From: Acidimicrobiia bacterium
GTDB taxonomy: Bacteria; Actinomycetota; Acidimicrobiia; Spongiisociales; Spongiisociaceae
Length of the DNA: 64,000 nucleotides
Reading direction: 5' to 3'
NCBI GenBank assembly: GCA_965200835.1
Contig: OZ241390.1
Coordinates: forward strand, 2,448,416-2,512,415
Position 1 is the stretch's first letter, and each line of letters opens with the position of its first letter. The notes beneath the pieces were generated by a model. That model saw nothing but the letters and a program-made list of their open reading frames with translations. It made no database searches and was not told the origin of the DNA. This document shows positions 20,337 through 29,893 of this stretch, in pieces. A program made the translations under genes and the position numbers.

Positions 20337-20342
20337 ACATTT

Positions 20343-20394
20343 GAGGAGGTGTCTTCGGACATCAACAAGAGGAGGTGTCTTCGGACATCAACAA
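20343..20394 (+). repeat. perfect tandem duplication, 2 x 26 bp (GAGGAGGTGTCTTCGGACATCAACAA)
   Basis: Read directly in the sequence. Lies in the mraZ-rsmH intergenic region and each copy contains a GGAGG Shine-Dalgarno-like core. Confidence 0.9.
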
Positions 20395-20519
20395 ATAGAG
20401 CACCCCAGAACATACCTCGACTGGATCGATGACCTGCTCATCGCCAGCCCCCCGGACACCAAGTGGCTGCCCCTACTCCGCCCGCACTCTACTTGGTTAC
20501 AAGCACCGGGGGGCTGGCA

Positions 20520-21458
20520 ATGAGTACGGCATCACATACCCAGCATCCGTCCGGGCACGAATCATACCACTGCCCGGTCATGCTGGATGAGGTAGTGGGC
20601 TTTTTGGGTGCCCTCGAGGAGGGCATTGTGGTCGACGCCACCTTCGGTGGAGGCGGTCACGCCAGGGCCTTGTTGGAGCGCTTGGGTCCGGACGTGCAGG
20701 TGCTCGGAATCGACCGCGATCCCGAAGCAATCGCGGGAGCGGCTGGTCATGACCGCCTTCGGCTGGTGCTGGGCAACTTCGGTGAGCTGGACGTGATACT
20801 CCAGCAACATCGGGTCGGTCGGATCGCCGGGATCCTATTCGATCTCGGTATGTCCAGTTATCAGGTGGATACTGCCGGGAGGGGATTCTCCTTCCGGCAC
20901 AACGGGCCGCTCGACATGCGCATGGGTCCCGATGCCAGCCGGTCGGCCTCCGAGCTGGTCAACGGCACACCTGTCGGAGAACTTGCTCGCCTGATCCGGA
21001 CTCTGGGTGAGGAACGGTTTGCCCACCGGGTTGCCCGGGCCATCGCGACAGCTCGTCCGATCGCCGATACGGCTCACCTGGCGGCAGTAGTGAAGGCGGC
21101 CATACCTGCTTCGAGCCGCCGGAAGGGTGGTCACCCCGCCCGTCGGACCTTCCAGGCCGTCAGGATGGCAGTCAACGATGAGCTAGAGACGCTGGCGGCC
21201 GGTCTGGAGCATGGTCTGGGAGCTCTCCGTCCCGGGGGTCGATGCGTAACTATCGCTTACCATTCGCTCGAGGACCGGATCATCAAGCACCGATTCCGGA
21301 AGGGGGCCGGTCACGAGCCCGGCCCTGTCCTGCCCGTCCCTCCCACGGTCGAGCTGATCGTCCTGACTCGGAAGCCCCTGCGCCCCCGCCCGACAGAGGT
21401 GGTGGCCAACCCGAGAGCCAGGAGTGCCCGGCTCCGGGCGGTCGAGAAGGCAGCATGA
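20520..21458 (+). CDS. rsmH: 16S rRNA (cytosine1402-N4)-methyltransferase
   Basis: HCPVMLDEVV...DATFGGGGHA motifs. ATG at 20520 lies within ORF 20463..21458. Confidence 0.9.
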   Translation: MSTASHTQHPSGHESYHCPVMLDEVVGFLGALEEGIVVDATFGGGGHARALLERLGPDVQVLGIDRDPEAIAGAAGHDRLRLVLGNFGELDVILQQHRVGRIAGILFDLGMSSYQVDTAGRGFSFRHNGPLDMRMGPDASRSASELVNGTPVGELARLIRTLGEERFAHRVARAIATARPIADTAHLAAVVKAAIPASSRRKGGHPARRTFQAVRMAVNDELETLAAGLEHGLGALRPGGRCVTIAYHSLEDRIIKHRFRKGAGHEPGPVLPVPPTVELIVLTRKPLRPRPTEVVANPRARSARLRAVEKAA

Positions 21459-21871
21459 CCGCCCGGCCGCAGCCTGTCACCCAAGACGCACCGGCTCCGC
21501 TCCGGCTGGTCACCGGTGGCGATCGCCTCCGTCTCCGTCGCGCCGTTCTCTGGGTCCTCTACACCATCCTTTCGGTTTCTGTCTTCCTGCTGTTCATCTA
21601 CCTGCGTACGGAGGTGGACAACACCGTCTACCGGAACCGGCAGCTGCAAAGCCAAATAGAGCGCGAGCAGGTGTTGGTGCATGAGCTGAATCTGCTCAAG
21701 CTGCAGCTCGAGTCACCCGAGCAAGTCCTCCCGATAGCCGAGAACGTCTTGGGCATGGTGCATCCTGAGGAACTTATACCGATCGCCATCACTGGCCAGC
21801 AAGATCAGCCGGTATCCCAAAGCGTGAGTGCCGGGTCGCCGCCTCGCCTGGCGGGAGTGGTCGGGCCATGA
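21455..21871 (+). CDS. ftsL: cell division protein FtsL-like (septum formation initiator)
   Basis: Single TM helix followed by a coiled-coil. ATGA overlap with the rsmH stop. Position is between rsmH and ftsI. Confidence 0.6.
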   Translation: MTARPQPVTQDAPAPLRLVTGGDRLRLRRAVLWVLYTILSVSVFLLFIYLRTEVDNTVYRNRQLQSQIEREQVLVHELNLLKLQLESPEQVLPIAENVLGMVHPEELIPIAITGQQDQPVSQSVSAGSPPRLAGVVGP

Positions 21872-21928
21872 GCGGATGCAAGGCTACGTCCGGTCGGTGG
21901 TGGGCCGCTTCGCTCGAGGGAGGACCGG

Positions 21929-23728
21929 ATGGCGGATAGGAAAGGGACGCGGCTATCCGATGACCGTCACACCGGTATCCGGCTGCTGACGATCGCTCTG
22001 CTGATCGTGGGAGCCTGGTTCACGATCGGGTACCAGCTGTACAGGATCCAGGTGGTTCGTGCGGACGAGTTGAAGGAGCAGGCCGAGCGGCAACGATTCC
22101 GGTATCAGGAGACGGCCGCTTCCAGGGGCACGATGTACGACCGTCAGGGCCGAACCCTGGCGGTCAGTGTTGAGTCCCGAACCATCTACGCCAACCCGCG
22201 TCAGATCGAGGATCCCACCGCCACCGCCCTGATGCTGAGTGACGTTCTCAGGATGGACTTCGATCGGTTGCTTGAAAAGCTGTCGGACACCGATACCAGT
22301 TTCGTGTTTGTGGCCCGGCAGGTCGACAACAACAAGGCGGAGGAAGTAGCGAAGGAAGTGAGGGCACGGGAATTGTCCGGCATCCACTTCCTAACCGAAC
22401 CGAAGCGGATCTACCCATCCGGGTCGTGGGCAGCCCACACCGTCGGGTTCGTCGACATCGATTCGATCGGTATCGAAGGTCTCGAAGCGGAGTACGACGA
22501 GATACTGACCGGCACCCCCGGCTCCGTCCGATCCGAGCGCGCCGCGGGAGGCCAGGTCATCCCGCACAGTGATCCTGAAGTGGAGCCGGCCATTCCGGGT
22601 GCCGACCTCACGATCTCGATCGATCGGGAGATCCAGTATCTGGCGTATCAGGAGTGCCTCAACACCCTGCAGCTCGCCCAGGCAGACCGATGCACGCTGG
22701 TAGCCCTGGATCCCGACACTTTCGAGATCCAGGCGATGGTGGTGGTGCCATCGTTCGATCCCGCCGAGCGTTCCGAGCAGGATGTGGCCAGCGGGGCTCT
22801 GGTCAACACTGCCGTGCGATCCTTGTACGAGCCTGGCTCCACCCAGAAGGCCGTGACGGTGGCTATCGCGCTGGAGGAGGGGGTGGTCGACTGGGACACC
22901 GAGTACCTGGTGTATGACCAGTTCGAGCTGGTGGAGGGTGCCTGCGAGGACAATCCGACCGTGAAGGCCGAGGATGGTACCGAGGTGACCGTTTTCGGCT
23001 GCTACACCGATTTCACTCCGCACCCGCCCCAGCTCATGAACGTGTTGGGATGCATACGTGACTCGTCCAACGTCTGCATGGTCATGATCAGCCAGGATCT
23101 GGGTCGTGACCCGCTGCACAGATACCTGCATGCCTTCGGTTATGCGAAGCAGACCGGGATCGACTTCCCCGGCGAGGTCAAGAGCACCGTCAACCTCCCG
23201 CGCTCGTGTTCGTCCTGTCCGGCGTCGGCTGCCATCGGCTATTCCCTGTCCGTCTCTCCCCTCCAGATGGCCTCCGTCTACGGGATCATCGCCAACGGCG
23301 GCGTGAGGATGGAGCCCCGGTTGGTGAGCAGCATCATCGACGAGAGTGGGGTGATCAGCTCGACAGCAGGGGAGCAGAAGCGGGTGATCTCGGAGGAGAC
23401 AGCCCGGCTGGTGCGGCTGATGCTCAAATCGGTGGTCGACTCCGGTACCGGGACTGCGGCTGCGGTGGCCGGCTACACGGTCGGCGGCAAGACCGGTACC
23501 ACCCGCAAGTTCGATGCCGTCCAGGGTGTCTACACCGATGACTACACCGCCAGCTTCGTGGGGATGGCTCCGATAGACAACCCCGAGCTGGTCATCGCGG
23601 TGGTGGTGGACAGTCCCAAGACCGGCGGTACCGTATCGGCGCGTACCGGTGGAGCGGTGGCGGCTCCGCTGTTCGCCAAGGTCATGAAAGGATCGCTCCA
23701 TCAGATGGGGGTCAGGCCGGATGCCTAG
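21929..23728 (+). CDS. ftsI: penicillin-binding protein / peptidoglycan D,D-transpeptidase FtsI
   Basis: 599 aa. Transpeptidase STQK, SxN (SSN) and KTG(T) motifs. Confidence 0.9.
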   Translation: MADRKGTRLSDDRHTGIRLLTIALLIVGAWFTIGYQLYRIQVVRADELKEQAERQRFRYQETAASRGTMYDRQGRTLAVSVESRTIYANPRQIEDPTATALMLSDVLRMDFDRLLEKLSDTDTSFVFVARQVDNNKAEEVAKEVRARELSGIHFLTEPKRIYPSGSWAAHTVGFVDIDSIGIEGLEAEYDEILTGTPGSVRSERAAGGQVIPHSDPEVEPAIPGADLTISIDREIQYLAYQECLNTLQLAQADRCTLVALDPDTFEIQAMVVVPSFDPAERSEQDVASGALVNTAVRSLYEPGSTQKAVTVAIALEEGVVDWDTEYLVYDQFELVEGACEDNPTVKAEDGTEVTVFGCYTDFTPHPPQLMNVLGCIRDSSNVCMVMISQDLGRDPLHRYLHAFGYAKQTGIDFPGEVKSTVNLPRSCSSCPASAAIGYSLSVSPLQMASVYGIIANGGVRMEPRLVSSIIDESGVISSTAGEQKRVISEETARLVRLMLKSVVDSGTGTAAAVAGYTVGGKTGTTRKFDAVQGVYTDDYTASFVGMAPIDNPELVIAVVVDSPKTGGTVSARTGGAVAAPLFAKVMKGSLHQMGVRPDA

Positions 23729-25226
23729 GATGCCGGTCGACCTGGCGGCAGTCACCCACCGGGTAGGCGGAACCCTCCTGGGCAACCCTTCCACCGCGGT
23801 CACCGATGTCGTCCATGACAGCCGTCGAGCTGGTCCGGGTGCGCTGTTCGCGGCGCTCCGAGGGAGCCAGGCGGATGGGCACCGGTTTGTTGAGGCAGCG
23901 GCCCGTCGAGGCGCCGCGGCCTCCCTGGTCGAGGAGTTCGTTCCGTCGTCGCTGCCCCAGGTGAGGGTGGCTGATACCCGCCGGGCGGTGGGCCCGACTG
24001 CATCGCTGGTTCATGGTGATCCCACCAGGGGGATGGAGGTGGTGGGGGTCACCGGTACCAATGGCAAGACCACCGTGACCATGATGATCGAGTCGATCGC
24101 GGCTGCGGAGGGCAGGCCCTTCGGCCGCGTTGGCACACTAGGTGCGCGATTCCTGGGTAGCCACGAGCCGCTGCCTCTGACCACTCCGGAGGCTTCCGAT
24201 CTGCAGCGTCTCATGAGAGGGATGGCAGGCCGGGGCGTATCGATGGTGGCCATGGAAGTGTCCTCCCACGCCCTGGCCCTCGACCGGATCGGGGGTGTCA
24301 CCTTCGCAGTGGTGGCCTTCACCAACCTGTCCCAGGATCACCTCGACTTTCATGGTGATATGGACGCCTATTTCAGGGCCAAGCGGAAACTCTTCGACGG
24401 CCGGGCGCTCGTCCATGTCATCGATGTGACCACAGACGCCGGGAGACGGCTGGCCAGGACCGCTCCGGGCCGGGTGGTCACCGTCGGATCGGGCGACGAG
24501 CACGATGTAGCAGTCTCTGCAACCGAGATCGCCATGTTCCGATCGCGGTTCACCTGCCGCCTCGGGGGCGAGGAGGTGAGCCTGACGGTGAGACCGGGCG
24601 GGCTGTACAACATCCGCAATGCCGCGTTAGCGGCGGCCTGTGCCCGGGAAATGGGCATCGGAGTGGAGCACATCGCCCAGGGCTTGGCTGCCCTGCGCCG
24701 GGTTCCGGGCCGTATGGACCGGGTCGACGCGGGCCAGCCCTTCGAGGTGGTGGTCGACTACGCCCACACACCGGAGGCGGTCGAGTCGGTCGTGAACACT
24801 TCGCTCGACCTCTCCCGCGGATCGACCATCGCGGTGGTAGGCGCGGCCGGTGGGAGGGACCGTACCAAGCGACCACTTCTCGGAGCAGCAGTCGCCCGGG
24901 CGCACCTGGCGGTCATTACCTCGGACAATCCCCGTTGCGAGGACCCTGATGAGCTGGTCGACGCGGTAGTGGCAGGAACCTCCCGAGGCAGGGCAGAAGT
25001 GGTGGCCGAGGTCGACCGGCGCAAAGCGATCGGTCTGGCGCTGGAGCGCGCCCGTCCGGGGGACACGGTGCTGATCCTTGGCAAGGGCCATGAGAGGACC
25101 ATGGACCTGGGCAACCGGATCGTTCCCTTCGATGACCGGGCGGTAGCCGAGTCCTACCTGCATGGGCGATGGAGAGGTAACCGCAGCCCGGCAGCGCCAG
25201 CCCTGAATGGGGGTCGGTCCTCGTGA
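23721..25226 (+). CDS. murE: UDP-MurNAc-L-Ala-D-Glu:meso-DAP ligase
   Basis: GVTGTNGKTT P-loop. MurE-specific DHLDFHG and DNPR motifs. Confidence 0.9.
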   Translation: MPRMPVDLAAVTHRVGGTLLGNPSTAVTDVVHDSRRAGPGALFAALRGSQADGHRFVEAAARRGAAASLVEEFVPSSLPQVRVADTRRAVGPTASLVHGDPTRGMEVVGVTGTNGKTTVTMMIESIAAAEGRPFGRVGTLGARFLGSHEPLPLTTPEASDLQRLMRGMAGRGVSMVAMEVSSHALALDRIGGVTFAVVAFTNLSQDHLDFHGDMDAYFRAKRKLFDGRALVHVIDVTTDAGRRLARTAPGRVVTVGSGDEHDVAVSATEIAMFRSRFTCRLGGEEVSLTVRPGGLYNIRNAALAAACAREMGIGVEHIAQGLAALRRVPGRMDRVDAGQPFEVVVDYAHTPEAVESVVNTSLDLSRGSTIAVVGAAGGRDRTKRPLLGAAVARAHLAVITSDNPRCEDPDELVDAVVAGTSRGRAEVVAEVDRRKAIGLALERARPGDTVLILGKGHERTMDLGNRIVPFDDRAVAESYLHGRWRGNRSPAAPALNGGRSS

Positions 25227-26293
25227 TCTCCATGCTGATTGCCGCGACCGTGGCTTTTGCGGTCTCCATCTTCGGTACTGCCTACGCCATCCGGCTGTTC
25301 CGCGCCTGGAACGTCGGCCAGTTCATCCAGGAGGAACTGGAAGGCCACATGCACAAACGCGGCACTCCCACCATGGGAGGGATCGTCATCATCCTGGCGG
25401 TGGTGGCTGGCTACGTGGCGTCGCACGTGCGGATCGAGCTGTCCGCCGGTGGTCTGCTGTGGGCGAGCGAGTTCCAGGCCGCCGGTCTACTGGCCATCGG
25501 AGCAATCTTGGGGATGGGGCTGGTCGGTTTCATAGACGACTACCAGAAGCTCTCCCGGTTCCGGAACGAGGGTCTAGGCATCGCAGCCAAATTCGTCGGC
25601 CAGCTGGCGGTGGCCGGTTTCTTCGCGTGGGGAGCGGTGGCTTCGGGAACCTCCACCGCCATCTCGTTCACCAGGCCGACTTCGCTGGATCTCGGGGCCG
25701 GCCTGTTCGCGGTGTGGGTGCTGCTGCTGCTCACCGGTTTCGCCAATGCGGTCAACTTCACCGATGGCCTGGATGGGCTGGCCTCGGGATCGGGGGCGCT
25801 GGTGGCCGCCGCTTACATGATCATCTCCTTCTGGCTGTTCCGGAATCCCGAGTTCTACGGAGTGGAAGGGGGTCTCGAGCTGGCCGCAGTCGCCTCCGCC
25901 ATGCTTGGTGCTTGCCTCGGCTTCCTGTGGTGGAACGCCGCGCCGGCCCGGATCATCATGGGTGACGTCGGATCCCAGGCCCTGGGCGGTGGTATGGCGG
26001 CCGTGGCTCTGCTCACCAACACCCACCTCCTGCTGGTCGTCCTAGGAGGGTTGTACGTGCTCGAGACCGTCTCGGTGATCATCCAGGTGGCGGGTTTCAG
26101 GTGGTTCGGAGGGCGACGGGTGTTCCGCATGGCGCCCATCCACCATCACTTTGAGCTGAAGAGCTGGCCTGAAACCACCATCATCATCCGATTCTGGATA
26201 CTCGCCGCCATCGGGGTGGCGCTGGGTTTGGGCCTCTTCTACGGTGACTTCCTCACCGGAGGCGGGGTCGGTCCGCCTGGAGCGGTCGGATGA
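25223..26293 (+). CDS. mraY: phospho-N-acetylmuramoyl-pentapeptide transferase
   Basis: 356 aa, 10 TM helices, PTMGG and DDxxKL motifs. Overlaps the murE stop by 4 nt. Confidence 0.95.
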   Translation: MISMLIAATVAFAVSIFGTAYAIRLFRAWNVGQFIQEELEGHMHKRGTPTMGGIVIILAVVAGYVASHVRIELSAGGLLWASEFQAAGLLAIGAILGMGLVGFIDDYQKLSRFRNEGLGIAAKFVGQLAVAGFFAWGAVASGTSTAISFTRPTSLDLGAGLFAVWVLLLLTGFANAVNFTDGLDGLASGSGALVAAAYMIISFWLFRNPEFYGVEGGLELAAVASAMLGACLGFLWWNAAPARIIMGDVGSQALGGGMAAVALLTNTHLLLVVLGGLYVLETVSVIIQVAGFRWFGGRRVFRMAPIHHHFELKSWPETTIIIRFWILAAIGVALGLGLFYGDFLTGGGVGPPGAVG

Positions 26294-27630
26294 AGGCCCT
26301 AGTCCTCGGTGCGGGGGTCTCGGGCAGGGCGGCCTCCCGCTTGCTCGGCCGGCTCGGCACCGACCATGTGGTTTACGACCGGGACCCCGAGAGACTTCGA
26401 CCGCTGGCGGCGAAGGGGATACCTACCCTGGCCGGTCCGTGGGTGGACTCCTATCTGTCGGGGATCGACCGGGTGGTGACCAGTCCCGGACTCAGCCCGA
26501 CTTCCCCGCCGCTGGCCGATGCCAGAAGAGCCGCCCTGCCCGTCTGGAGCGAGATCGAGCTGGCGATCCGCCACCTGGACTGCCCGGTGGTGGCCGTAAC
26601 AGGCACCAACGGCAAGACCACCGTGGTGGAACAGACGGCCTGGATGCTCCGTCGCTCCGGCCTGAGAGCGGTGGCGGCCGGCAATATCGGTCGGGCTCTC
26701 AGCGATGTGTGTCTCGACGACTGGGACGTCGTGGTGCTGGAGGTATCCAGCTTCCAGCTGGTCTACACCTACTCCCTTTCACCCCGCGTGGCGGTGCTGG
26801 TGAACGTGGTGGCCGATCATCTGGACTGGCACGGATCGGCCGCCGCTTACCGAGAGGCCAAGGCCAGGATATTTCACCTCTGTGGGGCCGATGACGTGGT
26901 GGTCTACGACGCCAACGATCCGGGTGCTGCGGCGATGGTCGAGCGGGCCCCCGGCCGTAAGGTGCCGGTGACCGGTTCGGGCAGGGTTCCGCAGGACGGC
27001 TTCGGTATAGGCGAAACCGGCCTCCACCTGCCGGAGTCCAACATACCCCTCTCAGGGATGCCGGTGGCCGACTCGACCTACCGGGTCGACCTCGGGCTGG
27101 CAGCAGCGGCGGCCCGCGAGCTGGGAGCCGATGAAGAGGTTCTAGCGGAGGCGGTGGCCCGCTTCCGCTACCGGCCCCATCGCCGCCAGGTGGTTGGGGA
27201 GTGGGCTGGGGTCACCTGGGTCAACGACTCCAAGGCCACCAACCCCCATGCGGCCACGGCTGCCATCCGCAACTATCCATCGGTGGTGTTGATCGCCGGG
27301 GGGCGCAACAAGGGCCTGGACCTGGAACCGATGGTCAGGCTTCCCAACATCAAGTTCCTGGTGGCCCTGGGCGAGGCCGGTCCCGAGCTGTTGAGCCGGG
27401 CCGCGGGATTTCCGACCTCCCGGGCCGCCTCCATGGAGCAGGCCGTGTCGATTGCCGCCGAATGGGCCGGAAGAGGCGATACCGTCTTGCTCTCTCCGGG
27501 CTGTGCCAGCTTCGACATGTTCCGCTCCTACGAGGAACGGGGCACGATCTTCGGCCGGCTGGTCCGCGACCACATCGAGCGGGCAGGTCGCCTAACCCGC
27601 TCCAGCAACGGGAGGCCTTGCACGGCATGA
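26290..27630 (+). CDS. murD: UDP-MurNAc-L-Ala:D-Glu ligase
   Basis: Rossmann N-terminus followed by VTGTNGKTT. Confidence 0.9.
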   Translation: MKALVLGAGVSGRAASRLLGRLGTDHVVYDRDPERLRPLAAKGIPTLAGPWVDSYLSGIDRVVTSPGLSPTSPPLADARRAALPVWSEIELAIRHLDCPVVAVTGTNGKTTVVEQTAWMLRRSGLRAVAAGNIGRALSDVCLDDWDVVVLEVSSFQLVYTYSLSPRVAVLVNVVADHLDWHGSAAAYREAKARIFHLCGADDVVVYDANDPGAAAMVERAPGRKVPVTGSGRVPQDGFGIGETGLHLPESNIPLSGMPVADSTYRVDLGLAAAAARELGADEEVLAEAVARFRYRPHRRQVVGEWAGVTWVNDSKATNPHAATAAIRNYPSVVLIAGGRNKGLDLEPMVRLPNIKFLVALGEAGPELLSRAAGFPTSRAASMEQAVSIAAEWAGRGDTVLLSPGCASFDMFRSYEERGTIFGRLVRDHIERAGRLTRSSNGRPCTA

Positions 27631-28811
27631 GCTCACGAGCCAAATCCGTCACCGACCTGCGGAAGCGAGCTGCGCAGCGGGACGAGATCGAGCTGACCAG
27701 GTCACGGGTGATCATCGTCGTCCTGGTTCTGGTTGGCTTGTTGCTGGTCGTGGGTCTGGGGGCTGTCATGTCTGCGTCCTCGGTGGACGGTATCCTGCAA
27801 GGGTCGGATAGGTTCTCCACCTTCGGCCACCAGCTCCGGTGGGTGGTGGTCGGGGTGATTCTTATGGGCATCACCATCCGCATTCCTTACCAGTGGTACA
27901 TGCAGTTCTCGGTCTGGATCTTGGGAGTTGCCGCCGCGGCGCTGCTCCTGGTCCCGATCTTCGGGACCACCCGTGGTGGAGCGCGGCGGTGGCTGGAAGT
28001 CGGTTCGGTCACCATCCAGCCCTCCGAAGTGGCGAAGCTGGCGGTGGTGATCTTCCTGGCCACCGCGTACAGCAAACGAAGCGAGCGGCTGGGCGAGGTC
28101 AAGCAGTTCGGCGGCCCTCTACTCGTGATCGGATTCATCTGTGCCCTGGTGGTGCTGCAACCGGATTTGGGAACTGCCTTGATCATCGCCGGCGCGGCGG
28201 GCGGGGTGGTGCTTGCCTCCGGTGTGCCCATGAGGTACATCCTCGGGGCGGGGGCACTGGGTGTCGCGCTAGCCGCCCTCGCCACCTACGCAGAGGAATA
28301 CCGGCTGGAACGTTTCAAGTGTTTCTTCGACGAGCTGGCGGACCCTCAAGGCGCTTGCTTCCAGGTTGCCCAGAGCCGCATGGCGCTCGGAAGCGGAAGT
28401 ATGACAGGAGTCGGTCTGGGTGCCTCCCGAGCCCGATGGGCTTTCCTTCCGAACGCTGATACGGACTTCATCTTCACGATCATCGCCGAAGAGAGCGGGT
28501 TCGTGGGGGCCATCCTCCTGCTGGCCGTACTAGCTGGTCTATCCCTGGCCGGAATCTGGATCGCCTACCGCACCGACGACCTGTTCGCTCGGCTGCTGGC
28601 GACCGGGATAACCACCTGGTTGGCGGCCCAGTCCATCGTCAACGTGGGGGGTGTGGTGGGAGCCATCCCGGTGACCGGCCTGGCCCTACCCTTCATGTCG
28701 GTCGGCGGTACCGCCATGGTGGCCGCACTGGTGGGCGCCGGCGTACTGATAAACATCGCCCGGACGGCGCCCATGTCTGCCCCGTCGAAGAGACCGGCGG
28801 GCCGCCGATGA
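27627..28811 (+). CDS. ftsW: peptidoglycan glycosyltransferase FtsW (SEDS)
   Basis: 394-aa SEDS-family membrane protein. ATG overlaps the murD stop, within ORF 27201..28811. Confidence 0.9.
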   Translation: MSSRAKSVTDLRKRAAQRDEIELTRSRVIIVVLVLVGLLLVVGLGAVMSASSVDGILQGSDRFSTFGHQLRWVVVGVILMGITIRIPYQWYMQFSVWILGVAAAALLLVPIFGTTRGGARRWLEVGSVTIQPSEVAKLAVVIFLATAYSKRSERLGEVKQFGGPLLVIGFICALVVLQPDLGTALIIAGAAGGVVLASGVPMRYILGAGALGVALAALATYAEEYRLERFKCFFDELADPQGACFQVAQSRMALGSGSMTGVGLGASRARWAFLPNADTDFIFTIIAEESGFVGAILLLAVLAGLSLAGIWIAYRTDDLFARLLATGITTWLAAQSIVNVGGVVGAIPVTGLALPFMSVGGTAMVAALVGAGVLINIARTAPMSAPSKRPAGRR

Positions 28812-29893
28812 CCTTCGCGATCGCGGCGGCTGGTACCGGCGGGCATGTCTATCCCGGCCTGGCAGTGGCCGAGCAGCTAGTGGCCTCCGGGGTCGGTCGA
28901 GACGACATCCTCTTCGTGGGTGGGGACCGGATGGAGGCCCGGGTTATCCCGGCCGAAGGCTTCCCGTTCCTCCAGCTAGAGCTGCAAGGACTTGTACGTA
29001 GCCTGTCGATGCGCAACCTCCGGCTGCCTGGAGTCGTCTGGACGGCTACCCGGCAGGCTGGGCGGGAACTGGCGGATCGCAAGGTGGCGGCGGTTCTGTG
29101 CATGGGTGGCTATGTCACCGTCCCAGTAGGGATGGCGGCTCGTCGGAAGGGGGTACCACTCTACTTGCACGAGCAGAACTTCCAGGCGGGGCTGGCCAAC
29201 CGGCTGGTTGGCCGGTTGGCGAACCGATCCTTCGTGTCCTTCCCGGGTACCCGCGGCCTCGACGGAACGGTGATCGGCTACCCGCTGCGAGCGGCACTGT
29301 CCGGCCTCGATACCGCTGCTTGCCGGCCGGCGGCGCTGCACAGATACGGGCTGGCGGGTGATCAGCCGACCATCGGGGTGGTGGGTGGAAGCCTAGGTTC
29401 GCCAGCCATCAATCAGGCGGTGACCCGGGCAGCTGCTCGCTGGAAGGGCGACCCGGTGCAGATCATCCATCTGACCGGTGCCGGTCACCAGGACCGGGTT
29501 CCGGTGGATTCGGATGCTCCCTCGGTCACCAGGGTGGTCAAGGGGTTCGAGGACCGCATGGACCTGTTCTATTCCGCCTCGGACCTGGTAGTCGGGCGGG
29601 CAGGAGGCGGTCTCATGGAAGCGGCCACCACCGGTACGCCTACCGTGCTGGTTCCCGGATCGTTCGGGGGCAACCATCAGATCGACAATGCCAGAGCGAT
29701 GGTGGAGGCGGGCGGTGCGCTGATAGTGAGTGAGCCGGACCTCGACACCCTCGACCGGGTTCTCATGGACCTGATCGCCGATCCGGCCCTCCGGGCACGC
29801 ATGGGTGAAGCGGCTGCCAGGGCAGCCCGGCCCGGCGCGGCGGAGGAGATCGCCCGCACGATGATGGGGAGAACCCATGCCCACCATCGATGA
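28808..29893 (+). CDS. murG: UDP-GlcNAc:lipid I GlcNAc transferase
   Basis: GGTGGHVYP N-terminal motif and a GT28 C-terminal domain. Confidence 0.9.
   Translation: MTFAIAAAGTGGHVYPGLAVAEQLVASGVGRDDILFVGGDRMEARVIPAEGFPFLQLELQGLVRSLSMRNLRLPGVVWTATRQAGRELADRKVAAVLCMGGYVTVPVGMAARRKGVPLYLHEQNFQAGLANRLVGRLANRSFVSFPGTRGLDGTVIGYPLRAALSGLDTAACRPAALHRYGLAGDQPTIGVVGGSLGSPAINQAVTRAAARWKGDPVQIIHLTGAGHQDRVPVDSDAPSVTRVVKGFEDRMDLFYSASDLVVGRAGGGLMEAATTGTPTVLVPGSFGGNHQIDNARAMVEAGGALIVSEPDLDTLDRVLMDLIADPALRARMGEAAARAARPGAAEEIARTMMGRTHAHHR

Noticed and set aside
20343-20394. Possible CRISPR array
   Set aside because: There are only two identical 26-bp units with no spacers, no further repeats and no cas genes. 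It is a simple tandem duplication, not a CRISPR array.
22391-23803. 470-aa minus-strand ORF
   Set aside because: It is antisense to ftsI. It is a shadow ORF caused by GC3 bias.
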